Below, one piece after another: positions 11,101-22,900 of a DNA stretch of 63,878 nt; the stretch's first letter is position 1; each line of letters opens with the position of its first letter. The DNA comes from Sphaerodactylus townsendi. Its lineage: Eukaryota. The stretch lies in the NCBI RefSeq assembly GCF_021028975.2, contig NC_059439.1, forward strand, positions 34,348,001 to 34,411,878, given 5' to 3'. The position numbers were made by a program, and so were the translations under genes. Below the pieces are notes generated by a model, which worked only from the letters and a program-made list of their open reading frames with translations, searched no databases and was not told the DNA's origin.

Positions 11101-13952
11101 TGAATAAATTCCTGGAATCCTGAGAGCTCCACTGAGTGAACTGCGAAGGATATGGCACCGTGGATAGAACTGATGTCCCAGCTTCTTTCAAAGGCTAGAG
11201 CGGTGAAGTCCATCTGAGCTGTCAATATCCAGATTTTCCCTGTTGCCTTCACTGACATATCCTCAAGTTCTGGGAGCTGGAGGAACAATCTTAAAATGAT
11301 CATGGTGTGAATTTCCCCATGGAGGACCAACACTTTGGCAGTGCTTCCCATGACAACATTATACATTTCAACCATCTCAGCCACTACCTCAACAACTTCA
11401 CTGGAAAAAGCTATTTCTGGCATTGTGGCTATGAAGTCCACACAGATGCCATTCTCAGAAAGCATAGGAACCATCTCCTGTACAAATCTTCCTCCTGTCT
11501 CATCAGGCAGGGATATCATCCCAATCCATGTCCACCTGAAATACAACAGAAGTTGGAGAATCCCTATATTTTGATGGGTCTGGCTTGGAAACATTTGGTG
11601 AAAGAAAACAGCCTGCATTTGGTTGTCCGTCCTGGGTGCAGAGCCATATAAGATCTAGAGACACAGTAGCAGGGGAAAGATTTCAAAACTACTTACTGTT
11701 AGTGTTTACGCCGTTTCCATATCACATTATCGACTGTATCATTTGACCTGCCAACTAAACTTGCTTTTTGTGTTATACTGGAGCACAAGATGAGCTACTC
11801 AGGCTCTACATTCTTATATCATTGAACATACACAAAAGGATCTGAATCATTTGATTTTATAAGTGCTGAGGAATGTAATAAATTATGTTCTATGTACAAA
11901 CTTTCAGCTACACATGAACTCTACCTAGCCCTACAGTGATGCCGGTCCTTTTTTTGCAAAACATATCTAAATGACCAGAAAAAGTGTGAAGGTCTTACTA
12001 AAGTTTCATTTTGCATGGTTACACCTTACCTGTGGGATCTTGTAGAAGCAGAGAATAGTTGCCGCATAGAGACAGATGTCAGAGTTAGGTCCTGTGATGG
12101 CTGCAACTGGACGGTTATTGGCAGCAGACTTGTAGTTGGGGATGAACCTGTCCTGTGTGGAGAGAAGTTCCATTGAGGCAAGATAGGTCCACCTTGGATT
12201 GAAATGGCTGTTGTAGATGTCAAATCCCAGAGTGATGTTGGGTAAGAGCTGAGGATTTTCATTGATCTGCTTCACAGCAAAATCCAAGGCTAGGATATGC
12301 TGGTAGTTGTGAGTCAGGAACCTGCAATGAGAGCAGATGACTTCAAGCAGAAAGTGAAGTCTTCTTCTCTCTGATTCCAGCCCAACATAACTGCGATCAA
12401 CACCTCACTATATCTGAGACACCAGAAAGGCAATATCTGCAGAATGTGAAGAGTTCTACTTGAGAAAATAGACCTTGTAATACGTTACAGCTCTGTGGAG
12501 ATCAAGAATATCCTTCCCCCCAGAAAAGAAGACTTAAACATGCTCTAAGTAATAAGTAAATACCTTCCCAGGGACCATCAGAATGTGAACAAACAGACAA
12601 ACAGAAATGACACTTAATACACATTCAGGCCAGTCTGATTAAAATATTTCCCAAGCTACATATGCGATCCTTATCCAGTAGATTTGAATGCAGAATATCT
12701 CTTGGAAGAATCCAGAGCGGCTGCCCAGTTATAATTCTGCTAAACAAATCGTCAAAAGTGGCCAACGTGATAGACTTAAGAACATAAGAACATAAGAACA
12801 AGCCAGCTGGATCAGACCAGAGTCCATCTAGTCCAGCTCTCTGCTACTCGCAGTGGCCCACCAGGTGCCTTTGGGAGCTCACATGCAGAATGTGAAAGCA
12901 ATGGCTTTCTGTGGCTGTTGCTCCCGATCACCTGGACTGTTAAGGCATTTGCAATCTCAAATCAAAGAGGATCAAGATTGGTAGCCATAAATCGACTTCT
13001 CCTCCATAAATCTGTCCACGCCCCTTTTAAAGCTATCCAGGTTAGTGGCCATCACCACCTCCTGTGGCAGCATATTCCAAACACCAATTACACGTTGCGT
13101 GAAGAAGTGTTTCCTTTTATTAGTCCTAATTCTTCCCCCCAGCATTTTCAATGAATGTCCCCTGGTTCTAGTATTGTGAGAAAGAGAGAAACATTTCTCT
13201 CTGTCAACATTTTCTACCCCATGCATAATTTTATAGACTTCAATCATATCCCCCCTCAGACGTCTCCTCTCCAAATTAAAGAGTCCCAAACGCTGCAGCC
13301 TCTCCTCATAGGGAAGGTGCTCGAGTCACTCAATCATCCTTGTTGCCCTTCTCTGCACTTTTTCTATCTCTTCAATATCCTTTTTGAGATTCGGCGACCA
13401 GAACTGGACACAGTACTCCAAGTGCGGTCGCACCACTGCTTTATATAAGGGCATGACAATCCTTGCAGTTTTATTATCAATTCCTTTCCTAATGGTCCCC
13501 AGCTTAACAGGAACATAACATGGAAAGGTAAGAAAGAAGTTCACACAACCCAACAAGATTTAGATGTTGAAATCAAGAATGAAAAGCAAGAACTGAACAC
13601 CGTGCCAACCATTTCCCAGCGCACTGAATCTCACTCAACCCGACATGCACGACGGGATGAAAATGGCATTTTCTTACGCAAGGTCAGCGAACAATTCCTC
13701 AGAGGGACGTTTTTCAAATGTGATTGGATCGATAGCAATGTAGATCTGAGACAGAATGGCAGCAATGTTGAGATCCCCCGATTTATCGTATTTGTGAACC
13801 ACAGGAAGAGGATCCCTGATGGGGCATTTACTAAGAGGAACCTTACACATTGCCGGAGGCACTAAGGCGAATTCCACCAGCACAAACAACAGCTTCTTGA
13901 GTGAAAAATTAAGTTCTGGAAACAAGTTCAGCCATTCAGACAATGTTTTCAT
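4232..13952 (-). CDS. V2R gene B, complete (894 aa)
   Basis: Exons 13678-13952, 12030-12321, 10794-11654, 8625-8852, 6642-6768, 4232-5133. All introns GT-AG, phases consistent, total 2685 nt. Venus-flytrap, nine-cysteine and 7TM ([16 protein letters not shown]) motifs. Start codon inferred. Confidence 0.93.
5896..6385. mobile_element. GC-rich non-autonomous Harbinger-like element
   Basis: TIR ggctgtttccgca / tgcggaaatggcc, TTA/ATA flanks. Confidence 0.75.
6642..6768 (-). CDS. V2R gene B exon 5
   Basis: 127 bp cysteine-rich PLSVC...CCYDCLPCP. Confidence 0.93.
7218..7806. mobile_element. Non-autonomous hAT element (589 bp)
   Basis: TIR cagtggtgggatcc / ggatcccacctctg, imperfect 8-bp TSD. Confidence 0.85.
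8195..8438 (+). mobile_element. Isolated LINE endonuclease N-terminal fragment
   Basis: [10 protein letters not shown]...ILLQETW...GRPSGGL; absent from gene D intron 4. Confidence 0.75.
8625..8852 (-). CDS. V2R gene B exon 4
   Basis: 228 bp, [13 protein letters not shown]...[13 protein letters not shown]. Confidence 0.93.
9432..9571. mobile_element. 140-bp palindromic Harbinger-like MITE (second family)
   Basis: TIR ggctgattccgcatgggccaaaaacag, TAA TSD; second copy nested at 10147-10285. Confidence 0.85.
10004..10635. mobile_element. Non-autonomous hAT element with a nested MITE
   Basis: TIR agtgatggcgaacct, TSD CTGTAGTG. Confidence 0.85.
10794..11654 (-). CDS. V2R gene B exon 3
   Basis: 861 bp, [11 protein letters not shown]...[16 protein letters not shown]...WQ. 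Confidence 0.94.
12030..12321 (-). CDS. V2R gene B exon 2
   Basis: 292 bp, [20 protein letters not shown]...YKIPQ, AG/GT flanks. Confidence 0.93.
12776..13502 (-). mobile_element. 5'-truncated CR1 LINE in gene B intron 1
   Basis: ORF2 end ([28 protein letters not shown]), TTCTTATG tail, CTTAA duplication; absent in the gene A intron. Confidence 0.93.
13678..13952 (-). CDS. V2R gene B exon 1
   Basis: MKTLSEWL...[13 protein letters not shown] donor, phase 2. Confidence 0.85.
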
Positions 13953-14497
13953 GTGTCTCTGACTATCCTGATTTGAGTGATGGGACATTTTGACTGTAGG
14001 TTTGCATTTCCTAATGTCAGGGCTGAGCTTGAGGAATTCTTGTGTGTCTGCTGCCCCTGCTCTGAATGGCATGGGGACTCTTAATAGTTTCCTTCAATCT
14101 TCTGATAATGGCTACTGACTCTCTCCAAGGAATTGGAATAGATGTAGAAGTAATTGTGGTTAATTTGATGATTGCAGGGATGATAATGATCAAACCCCAA
14201 CATATTGCAGAAAAAAAAAGCATTATGATGTCATTTCCCCCAGATGGAAGTGTTTGAATTAATATTATATTATTGTCTTGTATAATGCTATCGAAATGCC
14301 TGGGGATTTACAAACTGCAAGGAAACAGCTCCCTGCTTCAGTGAACTCTAAAGGGACAGTTCCTGGAGTGATACACGGATTTGAAGGAAGTGATCTCTGT
14401 AGTGCTGCCAGTCTGTCACAAGGACAGTGAATTTCCTGTTCCCTGCTCTTAATGACAGCAAAAGAAGAATAAAATTAAAAATGGCTGCCAGATCTAT

Positions 14498-14638
14498 GGC
14501 TCATTCCGCACATGCAGAATAATGCACTTTCAAACTGCTTTCAGTGCTCTTTGAAGCTGTGCGGAATGGCAAAATCCACTTACAAACAGTTGTGAAAGTG
14601 GTTTGAAAACACATTATTTTGTGTGTGCAGAAGGGGCC
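14498..14638. mobile_element. 141-bp Harbinger-like MITE
   Basis: Same family, reverse orientation. Confidence 0.85.
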
Positions 14639-15264
14639 AATGGTATGATGTCACTCTTAAATAGAGCCGGCATCACTTCTGGGTTCCCCCACTGATTGAG
14701 GCAAACAGATATACACCTTAGACCACATGTGGAAGTCCAAATATCAGCATGCTGGGTTGGAGGATTGAGCAAAGAAGAAGAGCTTAGGTGGGCTGATGGA
14801 GTCACGTGTGTGAAAGACTGGCTTCCGTAGGGCTGGTTCAACAAAGGCTCAACAGCAGTTTTGTGACGTTATCAGGAAAAGAGATTGAGTTACGGCAGAA
14901 GTTTACATTATCAGGTCCACCAAACGTCAATCAATTACACATGGCCAAGGGTTTGAGGGAGCTCTGGAGGCTTTGGAAAAATGCCCCTTAATCAAAAGTA
15001 CATTTCCAATCGCACTCCACACATGATGATATCTCGCCTGGTGGTCCCTAACCTCGAAGATGACCCCTCAGCCTCGATCAGGGCCAGGGCTTTTCGTCAC
15101 TGATCCGAACCAACATAAAATGGTCTTGCAGTAAAGTAACACAGTTTTAGTTACAACATACTTAGTTGTTGCCTAATCTGGGGGGCAAATGAGAAATCGA
15201 AGAGGAAAGAAGCTGAAAAAGTGATAGTGTCCTATTCCCAAGGAGAAGAAACTCCTGATTCAAT

Positions 15265-15550
15265 TTCGAATACCTTTAATTGCATATAAATTGTTTAAGA
15301 TTAGCTTAGCAAGATAATAACAGCCTTTACAACTTTACAATTTCTGACGAGTTAAAATAACACCATTTAAAAATTTAGCCACCGCTTCCCACAGCTCGTC
15401 GTTGTGGCTGTTTAAAAGATATATAACCTTCTGTTTATCTGTAATGCCTTCACTTCCATGCAGGAAGGGGATTATGTGCTTCTTCCTACCTATCTCATAA
15501 AAAGGACAATTCAACAGCATATGAGATACTGTTTCCACAGAACCCATGCC
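15265..15550 (-). mobile_element. RTE-X-like LINE 3' end
   Basis: VETVSHMLLNCPFY; TSD AACTCCTGATTCAA. Confidence 0.75.
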
Positions 15551-15624
15551 AACTCCTGATTCAAAATAGGATCTGCTAGGATGGTAGGAAACAGGATGGT
15601 AGAGTCCCATGTGTCATTCTAGAA

Positions 15625-16092
15625 CAGTGATGGTGAACCTATGGCAAGGGTCCCAGAGGTGGCACTTGGAGCCCTCTCTGTGGGCACGCGCACACAGAGT
15701 TTGTCATGTGGGGGGCAGGAAATAACCTTCCCCAAAAAACATCTAGGCTGGCCTGGGCTACTGAGCATGACATGCGTGCACCGCGGTGACCAGAGAGGAT
15801 TCCGCTGGCAGGCCTGGTGCCTGTGCTCTGGGTGGCTGTTGCCTGAGGGGAGTGCGCAGAGGAGGCCGAGATGCTAGAGAGGCACAGAGCGGTGCACATG
15901 GGACTTGCTGCAGGCTAGAGCAGGCTGACTGCTGCTCGAGCGGGTGGGGTGGAGGAAGAGGGAGCCAACTGGGTTTTTTTAAACGAAAACCTCAGCATTC
16001 AGGTTAAATTGCCGTGTTGGCACTTTGCGATAAATAAGTGGGGTTTGGGTTGCAATTTGGGCACTCGGTCTCAAAAAGGCTCACCATCACTG
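15625..16092. mobile_element. Non-autonomous hAT element (related to 10004-10635)
   Basis: TIR cagtgatggtga; imperfect 8-bp TSD; absent in paralogous spacers. Confidence 0.82.
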
Positions 16093-16938
16093 TAATAGAA
16101 GGTGTGCTGTACCCATTTTGTGAGTCCTAAGAAGTCCTCAACATTTGCAATTCCCCTTCCCAATTGTTGATATCAGGCTGGATATTAACCTGCATTTTTT
16201 ATCCAGGCCTCTGGATAAAATACCCCGTTCTGAGGATATCTCAAGGTGAAAATAGGCAGAGGTCTGGATGGGAGATCCTCAAATATAACAGTTTCAGAAC
16301 AAACCTTTAACAGAAGAACCGAGCAAACCTCAAGTTCTTACTCTGGCTGTTGGAGATTAAATTGGAGCGTTATTTTCTTTTTTGCTGACCTCCTGATTGA
16401 GCAAAGTTTTGTTATGATTCCAGTTACAATGGTCCAATGATTTTTTCAGGATAATGAATTTAAAATAAAGAAGAATACTCCAAAATAGCTGCAGAAATAC
16501 AAACATTCGTGGAGCATCTGGAATTGCCAAGTTCAAAGGAAAGTAATTTTCCATCAGTTTCGGACTTACAAATGCATTTATTTCCAAGGGGTCTAATAAT
16601 TTATTATACAACCATTGATACAATCTGAACATCTGGTACCATTACACTCATTAAAAATCCAGAAACAGCCAACATTACAGGCTCAAGCAAGGAGTAAACC
16701 CCTCCTTTAAAAAGTTAGTTTCAAGATTGTGGATGCTTTGAATACTAACAGAATGGACAATTGACAAGTTTTGGAAACCCAGCTATAAATGTGCTCCCTC
16801 ATTCCCAGATGAAATGCACAGCTCACACTAAGTATACATTGTGATGAAGAAACAATTGGCTCAGAAGAAGACATAAGCCCCCCAGTCCAAGTACAGTTGA
16901 ATATAATATAATATATCCTTAGGTTTGCATCATAAGAT

Positions 16939-17840
16939 CTAAGTCTTTGTTTTTATCAACTGTTCTCTTTTGTTCATCTCAGGTCTTACTATAATGATGT
17001 AGCATTTTGGGGAAAAAATGCAGCCCAGTAGCCCAGCACTGGAGGTTAAGATGGAGAAGATCTCCACAGCCACCATGGATTTCCCCTTGGTGCTCAAGTA
17101 GGTTGGAATGAAGGAGACCCACACACTGCAAAAGACCAACATGCTGAAGGTGATGAACTTGGCTTCGTTGAAACTGTCGGGTAACTTCCTGGCTAAGAAA
17201 GCCACAATGAAACTGATGATGGCCAGGAAACCCAGGAAGCTCAGGACACTGTAAAACATGGTGACAGACCCTTCGTTACATTGCAACACAATTTTCTCAG
17301 ATAATGAATCCATGTCATAATCTGGGAATGGAGGAGATGTTGCCAACCACACGGTACAGATAGTAGCTTGGAAAAGGAAACATGCAAGGACAATGGAACT
17401 GGACAACCTTTTTCCCAGCCATCTCCTCATTCTGGACCCTGGCTTTGTGGCCCAGAAAGCCAGAACCACAATGACCGTTTTGGCTAAAACACAAGAAACA
17501 ACCACCGAGAAGATGATGCCAAAAGCCACTTGTCGAAGGAGACAGGTCCACTTCTCAGGCTGGCCAATGAATAGCAAAGGACAAAGAAAAGACAAGAGAA
17601 GGGAGATGAGGAGAGTGTAGGTGAGGTCCCGATTGTTGGCTTTGACTATGGGAGTTTCCCGGTTCTTAATAAAGATCCCGAGTACCACAGCTGTGATGAC
17701 AAAGAAGGAAAAAGTGACAACCGCCAAGCTGATCCCCAAAGGTTCTTCATAAGACAAAAAGCTTATGTCCTTTGGCAGGCATAAATTCTGTTCTTTATTT
17801 GGGTACTGACCTTTTGGACACTGAAAACATTCGTTCATGT
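16939..17840 (-). CDS. V2R gene C exon 6 (7TM)
   Basis: 299-aa 7TM ORF, ttttcag acceptor. Confidence 0.95.
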
Positions 17841-19881
17841 CTGAAAAGGAAGAAGAATCCTTTGTGATACACAGAAATCCTGTTCAGAGCTCAAGACACT
17901 ATGACCAAGTGTTCAAAGAGCGCTGCTCAACAGAAGGCATTTAAGAATGCAAGGGAGCATTTAGGCTCACTTTGGCTAGCAAAGTACACAGTACAATACA
18001 ATACAATGCAATAAACCTTTAAGGGCATGTTATTAATACACAGGAAAAATATAAAATGGTTAAATGAGTAAAAACTATATATTACATGATTAGATTAAGA
18101 TCACTTATTAACAACCAATTCAAGAAACCTTGTAGTTTGTTCTAAGATGGCTCCAGAGCTGGTATTTAATAAATATACCATCTTTTGCTGGTCAGTCCTG
18201 TGATCTGTGCTGCTCAAATAGGGTGATATTAGCGACATTAGGGGGTAGGGAATCAAAACACAATTCACAGATTCTTCACAAGGCATCTCATAGATGCACA
18301 GTATTTCATGATGTGGTACTTCTTTAACCCTTCCCTGTCTTAAAGAAGAGGGNNNNNNNNNNNNNNNNNNNNNNNNNNNNNNNNNNNNNNNNNNNNNNNN
18401 NNNNNNNNNNNNNNNNNNNNNNNNNNNNNNNNNNNNNNNNNNNNNNNNNNNNNNNNNNNNNNNNNNNNNNNNNNNNNNNNNNNNNNNNNNNNNNNNNNNN
18501 NNNNNNNNNNNNNNNNNNNNNNNNNNNNNNNNNNNNNNNNNNNNNNNNNNNNNNNNNNNNCATCCTTTCTCTCCTGTAGGAGACTCAAAGGGGCTGACAA
18601 TCTCCTTGCCCTTCCCCCCTCACAACAAACACCCTGTGAGGTAGGTGGGGCTGAGAGAGCTCCGAGAAGCTGTGACTAGCCCAAGGTCACCCAGCTGGCG
18701 TGTGTGGGAGTGTACAGGCTAATCTGAATTCCCCAGATAAGCCTCCACAGCTCAGGCAGCAGAGTGGAGAATCAAACCCAGCTCCTCCAGATTAGATACA
18801 TGAGCTCTTAACCTCCTACGCCACTGCTGCTCCTGTAAAGAGAGGGCCTGGCAAAGTTTGGGCTCAGAAAGGAGAGATAAATATTCAGCTGTGCCGGGAC
18901 CATTTGGGATACCTAAGAAAAGAGGGGAGCAGAATTTATGAGCCTGGACAAGCAAGTAAGAACATAAGAACATAAGAATAAGGTATTGACGTTCAGACTC
19001 ACACAATCTGGCCCTGATGCTTTTAAGAATTTCACTTGGTGACAACATGGCCAGTGTGTCAGAAGATAGGTCAAGAGCTCAGAGCTTTGCCTCAATATAG
19101 GCCCACCAATCAGTAGAGTGCAGATTGGTTAGGGCCAACGAGGAAAGACTCTGATTTCTGTGCCTGAAGCAGAGGTGTTAGCAAAGCACACAAGATTTTA
19201 CTAGATGGTGCCAAATGGCTTTTTGTTCCACTCTAGGAATCACAAACGAGATAGATGTCTCCAGCCTGTTTGGATATGCTGTAGTTTTGTTCTTTTTTTC
19301 CCCCGCCAGTCATCTGAGGTGCCTTTTGAAAGAGCCCTTGCATGTCTGTGCATGCAAAAAAATGGTTTCTCTTTGCAATAACCACCACAGACGCAGCAAG
19401 TAATACGCAACGGCGATACGGCTGGCCTCCACACGGGCCAGAGCATTTATGGCTCAGGCCCCGGCCTGGTGGAACGCTCTTCCTCCACCTGTCCGGGCCC
19501 TGCGGGACCTCGGTGAGTTCCGCAGGGCCTGTAAGACGGAGTTGTTCCACCGGGCCTTTGGAGGAACCGGCCATTGATGGTGCCCCCCCCCTTCTCTGGC
19601 CCTGACATCTGGGCCAACTGTCATCTCAGACTCGCCATTCCTCCCTTTTGGAGGGGGAGGGAATTTTTAGAATTAGAACATTGGACACCATTTCCCCCAC
19701 CCTTAGGGGAAGGGAGGGAATTATAATAGTAGACTGCTGAACGCCACTTATCTTATTGTAATTTATTATATTTACTAGAAATGTTTTTATGGCTGTCGCT
19801 GCTTTTAAATGTTTTAATTGCCTACATTGTTTCCTTTTGTGTTGTACATCGCCCAGGGCCCTTCGGGGATGGGGCGGTATA

Positions 19882-19965
<84 letters not shown>

Positions 19966-22900
19966 ATTCAATATGAAGGAGCTGGGGTTTCCATCTTGAT
20001 AACACTTTCCTGGAGGGAAGCACAGCTGAGTAAAATGAGACTTGCCTCCAGACAGGCCTGTTTTGGATAGCCCCAGGGTCTGCATGCAAGCGTCCACACT
20101 GAATTACTACAAAGATATTCGATAGGTGGCTCTCTTACCTTTGTCATTTGAAATCTTCCCCGGTGGACACGCAAGGCAGTCATAGCAGCAAAAAGGCTTC
20201 CCTTCCTTCTTTCTCCTGCTATAACCAGCAGGGCAATTCTCGTTGCAAACAGAAAGAGGCTGGACCTGGACCCAATGGAAGAGAAACGGATTTGGCAGGG
20301 CCTGACTTCGAGTTAACATTTGGAGTGCAATGGATGGTTGAAAATTCCACAGTTCTATCAGAGCGGCCCATGCAGTAATAGCATTGGGGTGGAAGGACAA
20401 AAAAATCTGGACAATGCAGAAATGGTTGGAATATATATGGGAGCAAACACAATTAGAAATTTTTGACATAATGTCCAGAAACCAAATATGGCAAGAAAAA
20501 CAAAAAGACATGAAGTGGATCTGGACGGAACTCAAAGACTGGCTAAATGAAATTGGAATTACAGAAGAAAACTGGATAAGAAAATTAAAAAGAATGGACC
20601 TGCTGCTGCACATCTAAAGAAGAAAAGAAGAGGGGGGAGGGGAGGGGGGAAAGGGGTAAAAAGATATGGAGGATGAAATATAAGATGTACAATATAAATC
20701 TGTAACAATCCGAAATATCAATAAAAAATTATTTAAAAAAATTCCACAGTTCTTTCAGTTTTACCGCAGCGTCGTGGAATAGGTAGAGTCTGTGGCAGTC
20801 TTGCTGTTTTCAAAGTTCAAGATCAGGCTGATTTTTGATAGTAAGTTTCTAGAGGTGGGTTGAAGGGCAGTTGCATGATCTTTGTGGTCTACAATTCTTC
20901 CAGTTTACCAATAATCTTTCTCGGGGAAATTGTTTATGTGATCTGGATTTTGTGATGGATACTGCAAGTGTCACTGAGCTGGGGCATATCTCTGAGTTTG
21001 GCCCTGCCAACATAGGGAGGCTAAACGGGTGATAGAAGCTGACAAAGGTCAGCTCCATCCCCAGACATAAGAACATAAGAACATAAGAACTAGCTTGCTG
21101 GATCAGACCAGAGTCCATCTAGTCCAGCACTCTGCTACTCGCAGTGGCCCACCAGGTGCCTTTGGGAGCTCACATGCAGGAGGTGGAAGCAATGGCCTTA
21201 AGAACATAAGAACGAGCCTGCTGGATCAGACCAGCGTCCATCTAGTCCAGCACTCTGCTACTCACAGTGGCCCACCAGGTGCCTTTGGGAGCTCACATGC
21301 AGGAGGTGGAAGCAATGGCCTTAAGAACATAAGAACGAGCCTGCTGGATCAGACCAGCGTCCATCTAGTCCAGCACTCTGCTACTCGCAGTGGCCCACCA
21401 GGTGCCTTTGGGAGCTCACATGCAGGAGGTGGAAGCAATGGCCTTAAGAACATAAGAAAGAGCCTGCTGGATCAGACCAGAGTCCATCTAGTCCAGCACT
21501 CTGCTACTCGCAGTGGCCCACCAGGTGCCTTTGGGAGCTCACGTGCAGGAGGTGAAAGCAATGGCCTTAAGAACATAAGAAAGAGCCTGCTGGATCAGAC
21601 CAGAGTCCATCTAGTCCAGCACTCTGCTACTCACAGTGGCCCACCAGGTGCCTTTGGGAGCTCACATGCAGGAGGTGAAAGCAATGGCCTTAAGAACATA
21701 AGAAAGAGCCTGCTGACTGTGACCAGAGTCCATCTTGTCTAGAACTCTGCTACTCACAGTGGCCCACCAGGTGCCTTTGGGAGCTCACGTGCAGGAGGTG
21801 AAAGCAACAGCCCTAAGAACATAAGAACAAGCCAGCTGGATCAGACCAGAGTCCATCTAGTCCAGCTCTCTGCTACTCGCAGTGGGCCCACCAGGTGCCT
21901 TTGGGAGCTCACATGCAGGAGGTGAAAGCAAGGGTCTTAAGAACATAAGAAAGAGCCTGCTGGATCAGACCAGAGTCCATCTAGTCCAGCTCTCTGCTAC
22001 TCGCAGTGGCCCACCAGGTGCCTTTGGGAGCTCCCATGCAGGATGTGAAAGCAAGGGCCTTAAGAACATAAGAACAAGCCTGCTGGATCAGACCAGAGTC
22101 CATCTAGTCCAGCACTCTGCTACTCGCAGTGGCCCACCAGGTGCCTTTGGGAGCTCCCATGCAGGATGTGAAAGCAAGGGCCTTAAGAACATAAGAACGA
22201 GCCTGCTGGATCAGACCAGAGTCCATCTAGTCCAGCACTCTGCTACTCGCAGTGGCCCACCAGGTGCCTTTGGGAGTTCACGTGCAGGAGGTGAAAGCAA
22301 TGGCCTTAAGAACATAAGAAAGAGCCTGCTGGATCAGACCAGAGTCCATCTAGTCCAGAACTCTGCTACTCACAGTGGCCCACCAGGTGCCTTTGGGAGC
22401 TCACATGCAGGAGGTGAAAGCAATGGCCTTAAGAACATAAGAAAGAGCCTGCTGGATCAGACCAGAGTCCATCTTGTCCAGAACTCTGCTACTCACAGTG
22501 GCCCACCAGGTGCCTTTGGGAGCTCACGTGCAGGAGGTGAAAGCAATGGCCTTAAGAACATAAGAACAAGCCTGCTGGATCAGACCAGAGTCCATCTAGT
22601 CCAGCTCTCTGCTACTCGCAGTGGCCCACCAGGTGCCTTTGGGAGCTCCCATGCAGGATGTGAAAGCAAGGGCCTTAAGAACATAAGAACGAGCCTGCTG
22701 GATCAGACCAGAGTCCATCTAGTCCAGCACTCTGCTACTCGCAGTGGCCCACCAGGTGCCTTTGGGAGCTCACGTGCAGGATGTGAAAGCAATGGCCTTC
22801 TGCTGCTGCTGCTCCTGAGACAGTTCCCCTGTCATGTCCCCTGCCATGCCCCCCTCAGTCTGTGGCCGGGTGCTTGCTCAGGGTGGGCCGAGCCAGCCGA

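Noticed and set aside
18324-18600. Poly-X ORFs at gaps
   Set aside because: Translation of N runs.
21066-22817. CRISPR-like array
   Set aside because: No unique spacers, no cas genes, vertebrate context; units are wholly repeated.
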